Translations under genes and position numbers: made by a program
Shown: piece by piece, positions 9,265 to 16,630 of the stretch
How the letters are laid out: each line of letters starts with the position of its first letter
Numbering within the stretch: the first letter of the stretch is position 1
IMG/VR virus record: IMGVR_UViG_3300014039_000035
Strand: one strand, 5' to 3'
Origin: an uncultured virus (IMG/VR IMGVR_UViG_3300014039_000035)
Lineage: Duplodnaviria; Heunggongvirae; Uroviricota; Caudoviricetes
DNA length: 64,000 nucleotides
Notes under the pieces: generated by a model
Told to the model about the DNA's origin: nothing
The model's input: only the letters and a program-made list of their open reading frames with translations
The model's database searches: none

Positions 9265-9759
9265 TTATTTTGCAAGCGTTTCAGCTTTTTTTACTGATTT
9301 ACGAAATCGACCATTTATCTCTCTCTCCATCTTCCTGCGCTCCCTCGCGCCCATCTCGACGTACTCCTGCACGCCCCTGACCTCCTCCATGGCCGCCTTC
9401 TCCTCCTCCGGGTCATCCTCGGCCTTCTCCTTCTCCTCCACGCGCTTCTCGTAGTCCACAAGGGCCTTCTGCACCTCGTCCACAAGCCGCTGGTCGGTCG
9501 TCATCGTCATCGTCAGGTAGTACAGCACGTTCGCGAAGCCGAACACGTTGTCCTCCTTGCCCTGCTCGACGCTCGCCCTTAAATAGCCGAACGGATGCTC
9601 GCACGCCGTCACCCTCATCCGCCAGTTGCCGCTCACGGTCCGCAGCTCCAGCGTGTAGCGGCGGAAAACATACCTGAACCCGCCCTTCTCGCCGCTTGCC
9701 TCGACCGGGTTCATCACATTGAGGCACCAGAACCTCACAATCTTGTCCCAAATTTTCAT
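9265..9759 (-). CDS. hypothetical phage protein
   Basis: 164 aa; TATCTTTG promoter element about 30 nt upstream. Confidence 0.7.
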   Translation of the reverse strand: MKIWDKIVRFWCLNVMNPVEASGEKGGFRYVFRRYTLELRTVSGNWRMRVTACEHPFGYLRASVEQGKEDNVFGFANVLYYLTMTMTTDQRLVDEVQKALVDYEKRVEEKEKAEDDPEEEKAAMEEVRGVQEYVEMGARERRKMEREINGRFRKSVKKAETLAK

Positions 9760-9841
9760 TTATTTTCGTTTTAACGGGGTTTTGACCCCAAAGATATACA
9801 TTTCCTCGCTTTTACGCAAAAACGCGCCCAAAACGCGAATT

Positions 9842-10780
9842 TTAACCTTTTACGTTCATATCGCGAATCCTTTTCCAGACTATCATGTCTCCGATGTCCG
9901 ATTTTTCCGGTATCTCCCTGACTCCCCACTTCTCCCACCATGGCCATATCTCACCCCTCTCCTGCCACTCGAACCGGCAGTCCATGTCCGGAAGCAAAAC
10001 CATGTTGGCGTCCACATCCCGGAGGTTCCCCTTGCCGCCCGTGGCCACGCACTGACGCCCCGGATAGGCCAAGGCGACCAGAAGACACGTCTTCTCGCTC
10101 TCGCAGACGTACACCTTGCGCCCCTGATCGACCAGATGCGCCCCGAAATAGCACCTCCCGGTGTAGCCGTCGCCCACGCGGTACTTCCTGCCGGGGAAGA
10201 AGTCCCTCAGCCTGTGCCCGTCCTCGCCGTATGCTATCCGCTTTTCGAACAGCACCCTGCCCGCGGAGTCCGTGTACCAGAACACGGCGTTCCCCTTCGA
10301 GTCCGTCGTCACGTTGAACCTCTCCCAGACATCCCTCACCGCCGCCTCCGGGAAAAGCCCGCACATCCAGCGGAAAAGCGGGCATCTGCCGAGGTCATAC
10401 GCCCGCGCGGCTTCCAGCACGTCCTTCGGCACGTACTTCACCTCCGGAGACACTATCCTGCGGAACTCCCGGTTCCAGTCCACAGACTGAGGCTCGCCGT
10501 TGATCATCCGAACCGCGTCGCGGTAGGTCTCCGCCCCGCCGAACTCGCGCAGCCACTGCGTCAGCGACACGCACCTGCCGCCCTCCTCGCTTATCCACAC
10601 GCTCCCCCTGCTCACGAAGACCTTGAGCTTGTCCCTGCGGTAAGGATGCCGGTCACCGTTCAGGTAATACCCGCCCTGAAGACCGCTCCCGTGCGGCACA
10701 AGCTCCATCCCCAGCAGCTTCGGGCAGTTCGCCAAGGCCGCCAGGGGATCGTAGTCGAACCTGAAACTATCCTTCCCCAT
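9842..10780 (-). CDS. Toprim-domain primase-like protein (Bacteroidetes DUF6371-like)
   Basis: CYFGAHL, VCESEKTC, ATGG, LLPDMD, DIGD motifs. Confidence 0.75.
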   Translation of the reverse strand: MGKDSFRFDYDPLAALANCPKLLGMELVPHGSGLQGGYYLNGDRHPYRRDKLKVFVSRGSVWISEEGGRCVSLTQWLREFGGAETYRDAVRMINGEPQSVDWNREFRRIVSPEVKYVPKDVLEAARAYDLGRCPLFRWMCGLFPEAAVRDVWERFNVTTDSKGNAVFWYTDSAGRVLFEKRIAYGEDGHRLRDFFPGRKYRVGDGYTGRCYFGAHLVDQGRKVYVCESEKTCLLVALAYPGRQCVATGGKGNLRDVDANMVLLPDMDCRFEWQERGEIWPWWEKWGVREIPEKSDIGDMIVWKRIRDMNVKG

Positions 10781-11300
10781 TATCCCTGTCCAATCGCATC
10801 ACCGTCATCACGCAGTAGTTCGCAAGATCCATCAGCGTGTCCCTGATGGACTCGCCCTTCACCAGCGCCTCCTTGCCGTCGGCCAGGCTCGCGAACCTGT
10901 TAGCCTTGTCGCATATCCGCACCGCCGCCGACACAAGCCCGAAGCGGTCTATCCCGTCGTCGAAGCTGCACCCGTAGTCCGCGTTCTTCGCCTTCCACGT
11001 CCGGTGCATCTCCTCCGTCACCCGCTCGAAGACGTCCGGCCCCTCGACAGTGTGCTTCAACGGCTTGAATACAATCTGGTCAACCGTGTTCAGAATCGTG
11101 CGGACGGAATGATACCGCTCAGCCATCGTCACCAGCGCCGCCGTCAACGGAACGGTGTCACCGTTCACATAGTGCGTCAGCGCCGTCCCCGTGCTGGCGA
11201 CACACAACAGATTCACCCCCGCCTTCGAGCACACACCCTCCAGCTCCTTCATCTTCGCCGAAATCTCATCCGGCACAAGTCTAACTTCCTTTTCTTCCAT
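10767..11300 (-). CDS. nucleotide-modification-associated (DUF1599-like, MazG-like helical) protein
   Basis: KNADYGCSF, RICDK..R, ESIRDTLMDLANY. Confidence 0.85.
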   Translation of the reverse strand: MEEKEVRLVPDEISAKMKELEGVCSKAGVNLLCVASTGTALTHYVNGDTVPLTAALVTMAERYHSVRTILNTVDQIVFKPLKHTVEGPDVFERVTEEMHRTWKAKNADYGCSFDDGIDRFGLVSAAVRICDKANRFASLADGKEALVKGESIRDTLMDLANYCVMTVMRLDRDNGEG

Positions 11301-11304
11301 GACT

Positions 11305-11556
11305 CTATGATTTTAACGTTTTCACCTCCTTGTCACACTCCTCAACTACGGCGCACGCTCTGTGCAGAACCGCCCGGAATTCCGGATTCCTCTGCGCCTC
11401 AGAAGCCAAAGCCGCGACAATCAGAACTTTTTCGCCACCTATCATGACGCTGTATTTATCCTCGTCCGACACGAGGCACACCGCACTGCATCCTTCGTTG
11501 CCGGAGAAATCCTTGATTTTCTCCAGATACCCTTGAATCTCTTCTGTGATTTTCAT
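11305..11556 (-). CDS. hypothetical protein
   Basis: 83 aa ORF, loosely similar to the N-terminal half of the downstream gene. Confidence 0.55.
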   Translation of the reverse strand: MKITEEIQGYLEKIKDFSGNEGCSAVCLVSDEDKYSVMIGGEKVLIVAALASEAQRNPEFRAVLHRACAVVEECDKEVKTLKS

Positions 11557-11559
11557 AAC

Positions 11560-11769
11560 CTATTGATTTTTAATATACAACCCACAGCAACACTCGTCCT
11601 CCTCCCGGTACGCCTTGCACGGACACACATCAAATTCCGTGCCAGCGTACCTGTTGTGGCAAGGGCAGTGACCGCCGCACCTCTCCACGCCCCTCACTAT
11701 CGCCCGCACCACCCTCTCATCCGGGTTCAGCCTGAACCCCGGCTTGATGAAAAACTTAAACTCGCTCAT
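11560..11769 (-). CDS. ferredoxin-thioredoxin reductase catalytic-domain-like small Fe-S protein
   Basis: LNPD, CPC, CPC, CCCGLY pattern. Confidence 0.75.
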   Translation of the reverse strand: MSEFKFFIKPGFRLNPDERVVRAIVRGVERCGGHCPCHNRYAGTEFDVCPCKAYREEDECCCGLYIKNQ

Positions 11770-11782
11770 TATAACTAATTGA

Positions 11783-13237
11783 TTAAAAAGGCAAATCTGC
11801 CATCACATCCTTTTCCTCAGCCTCCGGCAGCTCCACCTTCCGCTCCAGATAGTACCACATACCGTCACCACGCCTGGACTTCGCCGCCCCCATCTTCGAG
11901 AACATGTCCGTCACCGCGCTCCTGGACCTCGGCGTCTCCCCCCAGTCCTTGCAGTAGTTGATGTACTCCTGCACCCACTCCTTCAGCGGACGCCAGCCCT
12001 CGCCGGTCCGCTGCCTCGGCTCCGCGGCCACATACCCCTCCGTGTCCAGCCAACGCCTGAGCGAGTTCGCGCTCGCCTTCATCTCCTCCACGACATCACG
12101 CACCGACTGCGGCACGTCTATCTTCCCACCGTTCGCCACGAACTCACGGTAGCCCTCCAGCATCCAGTCGAATATCGCCGCCTTCACCTCCGGAGCCGCC
12201 AGCTTCCGCTCCAGCTGCGGGTCCTTGTCACGGTCGTCAACCTTGTTCGGCGCCAGGACCACCAGGAACCTTCTGAAATACCCCTCCGAGTCGTCCGTCG
12301 TCGGCGGTATCTTGTTCGCGCAGCACAGCATCAGCGGAACCTTGTCCACCTTCGTCGGACGCCTGGAGTACGGATGACGCCCCGTGAAAGGCGCCCCAGA
12401 CACGAACATCTTGAAGTCGCCCCCGGAGAAGTCCTTGTTCGACACGTCGTCGCAGTAGTTCACCACCTTCCCGTTCACGTCCGCGAGGTGGTAGTCCCTC
12501 TGGCTGCTCTTGAACAGCTGCTCCGGGTTGTAGCTGCTCGCCACCCTTCTCCCCAGCGTGTTCACCACCGCCTTGCATATCACGCTCTTTCCGTTCTGAC
12601 CCTCGCCGACCACGAACGTTATGTACTCTATCTTGTACTCCCGCCGGTCCGCGAGCATGCACCCGCAGAACTGACGGAACGCCGCGCGCATCCCCGGATC
12701 CGGGACCGTCCGCTCCAGCACGCTATCCCACAGCCGCGACCTCGCGTCCGCGTCGAACGCGTAGTCCATCACCATGTCCGTCACGTACTCCGGGCCGAAC
12801 CCCAGCAGGCGCCCCTCCCGGATGTCGTACACCCCGTTCGTGAAGCACACCCACCGCCGGTCCGGCACGAACCTGCACCGGGACTCCCCCACCAGCGCGT
12901 TCTCGCAGAAGTCACGGACGGCCCTCGCCGACGACGTGTGGTACACCAGCCCCACGTCCAGACGCTCCATCACCCTTATCACCAGCTCCAGCAGCGCCTC
13001 CTCCGTCACCAGCTCGTACCACCGCCCGTTGTACCCGTACAGCTGCCCGTCCTCGTCGGCGAGCATAAGCCCGCCCGACTCGCCGCCCTCCACGCCGCAC
13101 AGCATCCGACGGAAGACCTTGCACAGCCCGGCCTCCGTACGCTTGTTCACCCGCTCGTCAGACGCCCCCAGCCCGACGAGCGTGCCCGCCTGCTCCTGGA
13201 CCCCGACGAGGCGGTCCTCTATGAATTTCCAGTCCAT
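11783..13237 (-). CDS. P4/D5-family SF3 primase-associated helicase
   Basis: FTNGVYD (D5_N), Walker A GEGQNGKS, YCDD, CANKIP, FRRF. Confidence 0.92.
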   Translation of the reverse strand: MDWKFIEDRLVGVQEQAGTLVGLGASDERVNKRTEAGLCKVFRRMLCGVEGGESGGLMLADEDGQLYGYNGRWYELVTEEALLELVIRVMERLDVGLVYHTSSARAVRDFCENALVGESRCRFVPDRRWVCFTNGVYDIREGRLLGFGPEYVTDMVMDYAFDADARSRLWDSVLERTVPDPGMRAAFRQFCGCMLADRREYKIEYITFVVGEGQNGKSVICKAVVNTLGRRVASSYNPEQLFKSSQRDYHLADVNGKVVNYCDDVSNKDFSGGDFKMFVSGAPFTGRHPYSRRPTKVDKVPLMLCCANKIPPTTDDSEGYFRRFLVVLAPNKVDDRDKDPQLERKLAAPEVKAAIFDWMLEGYREFVANGGKIDVPQSVRDVVEEMKASANSLRRWLDTEGYVAAEPRQRTGEGWRPLKEWVQEYINYCKDWGETPRSRSAVTDMFSKMGAAKSRRGDGMWYYLERKVELPEAEEKDVMADLPF

Positions 13238-13253
13238 CGATTCTTTTCAATAA

Positions 13254-13436
13254 CGAGCGGCGCGCAAGGGACTCGAACCCTCCGGGGGACCTGAAATCCC
13301 CACGCGCCGGAGCGGCTGCCGAGGATGGGGCTATGAAATTTACGCCCGGTACCCCGCTCGGATCGGAGGGCAGAATTCCTTCGGGGAAACCCTCCTCACT
13401 CATCCACGGCCTGACCAAGACGGTGTGCGCCGCCCG
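13254..13436 (-). ncRNA. about 183-nt tRNA-like structured leader RNA
   Basis: T-arm GAGGG-TTCGAGT-CCCTT; 3' GCGCGCCGCTCG pairs with 5' CGGGCGGCGCAC. Confidence 0.55.
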
Positions 13437-13473
13437 CACCCCCGCTCGCACCGGGCCACCCCTTTTAGACCCG

Positions 13474-13505
13474 CAAATATATCAATCTTTCACCAAATCC
13501 GCAAA
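13474..13505 (-). promoter_or_regulatory. Bacteroidetes-type -33/-7 promoter
   Basis: TTTG-N20-TATATTTG upstream of the tRNA-like RNA and the helicase. Confidence 0.7.
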
Positions 13506-13853
13506 CTCCACTTCCCTCCCGCGCGGCACGTCGCCGCGCTTCCTGTCCAGCGCGAGCCTGCAACGCACCAGCCTGTCCGTCAGCACCGCTATCTCCCGCT
13601 CCAGCTCCTCCGGCGACATCCTTTCGGGAGCCACAGACCGCTCACTCTTGACCTTGGGCGGCCTCCCCCGCCTCTTCTTCGCAATCTCTTCCATATCCAA
13701 ATCATTTAAGTCTTCCCAAATCCACCTTCGCCCGCACCGAGCCACCCTCCAGCTCCTCGTACACCACGCCCGGCAGGTCCAGCTCCTCCCGCCAGACATC
13801 CCGCCACATCAGCTCCTTCAGCCGCGCGAGCGCCTCGGCCCGCGTCCGGCCCG

Positions 13854-14288
13854 TCACAGCCATCTCCATAGCAGCCCCCCGCAACTACCTTTCCTGTCCG
13901 CGGCCGACCTTATCCCGGACGGCCTCAGACCCGTCGCCCGCGCCGCCTCCACGACGCCGCTCCACGACCCGGCGGGATTCCCGGCCCCGTCCCACGCCCC
14001 CACCGGACGCGGACTCGCCTTCCTCCCGACCCGTCTCCACACCTGCGGCGACTCGCTCCACGCCAGGTTCTCCGCCCGGCTGTCCCGCACGTCACCGTTC
14101 AGGTGAACCAGATACGGCCGCCCCTCCGGGTTCGGCACGAACGCACGCGCCACGAGCCAGTCCACCCTCCTGCGCTTCCCCCCTATCGAGACCCACACGC
14201 CACGCACCGGACTCAGCGGAAGCCCCCCGGAGAGCACCTCCCCGGCGTCCGTCACCTCGTACCGGCCCTCTATCCTCTTCCGCCGCAT
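13854..14288 (-). CDS. degenerate NUMOD4/HNH/NUMOD1-like protein
   Basis: YEVTDAGEV, VDWLVARAFVPNPEG, HLNGD...ENLAW, EAARATG. Confidence 0.7.
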   Translation of the reverse strand: MRRKRIEGRYEVTDAGEVLSGGLPLSPVRGVWVSIGGKRRRVDWLVARAFVPNPEGRPYLVHLNGDVRDSRAENLAWSESPQVWRRVGRKASPRPVGAWDGAGNPAGSWSGVVEAARATGLRPSGIRSAADRKGSCGGLLWRWL

Positions 14289-14523
14289 ACCCCTATCTCC
14301 CCGTAACCGCACACAACATACTCGCCTTCCCCGGTAAGAACACCGAGGCTCGTCTGCGTGAGGGCGTCTATCGTGCCCCTCCGACCCGTCGCCAGAAGCA
14401 GGACCTCCTGCCCCAGACGAAGACTTTCCTTCGCTACCATAACGACCCGCCCAAGCCTTCAAAGACCGTGCCGGAAACACGAATGTATCTTTATACACTT
14501 AAAAATTTATGACCACTATTGAT

Positions 14524-15024
14524 AATCAATTACTTACATTTTTCACCCTTTTCAGTGTAGTTACACTACATTGAAACTACACTGGCGCAACTGACGGAGA
14601 GTGAATGAATTACAGCCGTCCAGTGTAGTTGTGTAGTCAGTGTAGGGCATCTCTAACTTTTTTCTCGTCTGTGTGCGTTCCTATAATATATACGCAGGAG
14701 AGTTTTTTAATGTTACGTGTGTATATAACTACATTACTACACTACATCTTCATAATTTACCACAAATCAATGCGTTATACCTATGTAGTTTGCGGTGATT
14801 TCTTATGCGATAGAGATTTATCGGCTTCAAAACTACATTGTGCCATTTTTTGGCACAAGCTCCCTATGGGTAAGGGCTGAAAATATCGAAAAAAAATTTT
14901 TTCAGGGTCACACCACCGCACCCTCGGTTTTCCTTGAAAACCCCCGCAACCCTTTGAATATCAAATAGTTACAGCCCTATTACGATGAAATGAATCTTGT
15001 AACTACTTGAAAATCAATGAGTTA
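14524..15024. other. putative replication origin or genome-end region with iterons and IHF-like sites
   Basis: 10 copies of ACTACA/TGTAGT in 14556-14837; four WATCAA-N4-TTA matches; lies between divergent arms. Confidence 0.6.
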
Positions 15025-15345
15025 ATGTTTCAACTTTTGAAACATTTTGAAAAAGCGTTTTAAGGCCGTTTTTAGCGCGTTTCACCCCAAAAATGATACG
15101 GAGTACCACTCAAGGTGTAAACGTGTATTACAGGCTAAAATAAAACGTTTTCTTGTCAAGTCTGGTATTTGTTTGCGGTGTGCCTACGTGCGTGTATGTG
15201 TGCCTATATATTGCGTTACCGTGAGTCTTAAAGTTTTTCGGAGTCGTTGTGTATCAAATTTCAAAGTTCGTCAAAAATAAAAGTGCCTTGGAGTGCTTTC
15301 TATTGCGGTTTGAACTAAAAATTTTGATAAATTGCAAGAAAAAAA

Positions 15346-15376
15346 TTTGCAATTACAGGAATTTGTAATATATTTG
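15346..15376 (+). promoter_or_regulatory. early promoter (-33 TTTG, -7 TATATTTG)
   Basis: Consensus Bacteroides promoter with 19-nt spacer. Confidence 0.8.
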
Positions 15377-15422
15377 CAATGTCAACAAAAAAGGAAGGCA
15401 CCGAAGAGGCTTCCAGTTGGCA

Positions 15423-15433
15423 GCTCTTTGACA
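15423..15433 (+). promoter_or_regulatory. boxA-like antitermination signal
   Basis: GCTCTTTGACA about 45 nt after the promoter. Confidence 0.6.
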
Positions 15434-15662
15434 ATACTGAGCACCGTGCGGAGAATGTAAGGGAGTGCTGTGCCTGTGCGTGGACGAAATGTCTTTTAGC
15501 GAAACGCTTTGAGCGTACAAATAGAGTAGGCCCTTGGGTTTTCCGAACCACACGGGAAATCTGACAATTTGTCAGTATGTCACGATGTCAGGAGGCGTAA
15601 GCAAACTAATACTAGCGGTCGGCTGGCACGGGTGGAGGCAGAGGCCTCTGGTGGCATTAATT

Positions 15663-15710
15663 AGGGGGCAAAGGTTTTTTTTTATGGTGGTTCAATTCCA
15701 CCAGCCCTTT
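15663..15710 (+). ncRNA. tRNA-minihelix-like element 1
   Basis: AGGGGGC..15 nt..TGGTGG-TTCAATT-CCACCA-GCCCTTT. Confidence 0.55.
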
Positions 15711-15738
15711 CCAAAGTTTAACAATTAAAAAAAAAGTT

Positions 15739-16089
15739 ATGAACAAAGCTAATTTCAGTGCAAAGGCACTCAAGGAATTCAGAACTCTTGTCAACAGAGA
15801 ACACAAGTCACTCTCTTCATGTCTCAGGACCATTAGGGATAATTGGGCCATGGTTGAATCACTTGCCGAGGCGGACGGTCTTGGCTTGGAGGATGTCACT
15901 CCAAAATATATTGTGAATCACCTTCACAACGACAATTACAACCGTGCCGGTGTGCTCGGTCGTATGGTCAAAGTCGAGGGCTCTGAGGATAAGGAGTTTC
16001 GGGCTTGGGAGACCTGGACACCGGCAAGGGCTCTGGACTACTTAAGGAGAGCCTCGGCTTGCCACTTCAGGGAGTTATGTAAGAAATAA
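15739..16089 (+). CDS. first early protein, unknown function
   Basis: 116 aa ORF with A-rich initiation region. Confidence 0.75.
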   Translation: MNKANFSAKALKEFRTLVNREHKSLSSCLRTIRDNWAMVESLAEADGLGLEDVTPKYIVNHLHNDNYNRAGVLGRMVKVEGSEDKEFRAWETWTPARALDYLRRASACHFRELCKK

Positions 16090-16093
16090 TAAT

Positions 16094-16138
16094 AGCCCCG
16101 CATGGTGCGTTGTGCCGGATCGTTTCCGGCACGGGGCT
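16094..16138 (+). ncRNA. tRNA-minihelix-like element 2
   Basis: AGCCCCG..12 nt..TGCCGG-ATCGTTT-CCGGCA-CGGGGCT. Confidence 0.55.
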
Positions 16139-16166
16139 CGAACAACTTTAAAAAAACATTTTAGAA

Positions 16167-16406
16167 ATGAGAATTAGAATTAGCGACAAACGCCTCCGTA
16201 ATGGGGAGTTGAAATTGGATGTAACCAATTTTTGCACGGACGGCATTGTAATGGTTTTCAGCCTTGACGGTGAACGGTATTTTACCTATTTTGTGGTACC
16301 CGCTGTAAAAAACGGTATGGTACAAAGAGCCTTCCGCAACGCGGGGGCTAACTCTTGGATGGTAACGATGGACGCAAAATATTTGACAGGACTATTTAGC
16401 GAGTAG
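16167..16406 (+). CDS. hypothetical early protein
   Basis: 79 aa ORF, A-rich leader. Confidence 0.65.
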   Translation: MRIRISDKRLRNGELKLDVTNFCTDGIVMVFSLDGERYFTYFVVPAVKNGMVQRAFRNAGANSWMVTMDAKYLTGLFSE

Positions 16407-16561
16407 TGTTATGCTGAACGGTAAAAAAGCGACAAAGTCGCTATATAAGAGCGAGTTCCATAGCCTTTATGAGGCGGTGTGCGAGGCTCAGACTATCCTC
16501 GATGACGTCCGAATACTTGCGGATACGGGCAAATGCCTGCGTGTGATCAGGCGGTATAAAT

Positions 16562-16606
16562 AGCCGTGCTTTGGGGTTCGGGGAGGATCGAGGCCTCCCC
16601 ACGGCT
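16562..16606 (+). ncRNA. tRNA-minihelix-like element 3
   Basis: AGCCGTG..12 nt..GGGAGG-ATCGAGG-CCTCCC-CACGGCT. Confidence 0.55.
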
Positions 16607-16630
16607 CGAATAACATTAACTAACAGAATT

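Noticed and set aside
9719..14106. Long plus-strand ORFs (9719-10846, 12374-13294, 13333-14106)
   Set aside because: Antisense shadows of GC-rich minus-strand genes, Pro/Arg/His-rich and without motifs
14289..14498. N-terminal extension of the 13854-14498 ORF
   Set aside because: Similarity to NUMOD4/HNH starts near ATG 14288, and the upstream part is better explained by a separate 56-codon ORF (14440-14270)
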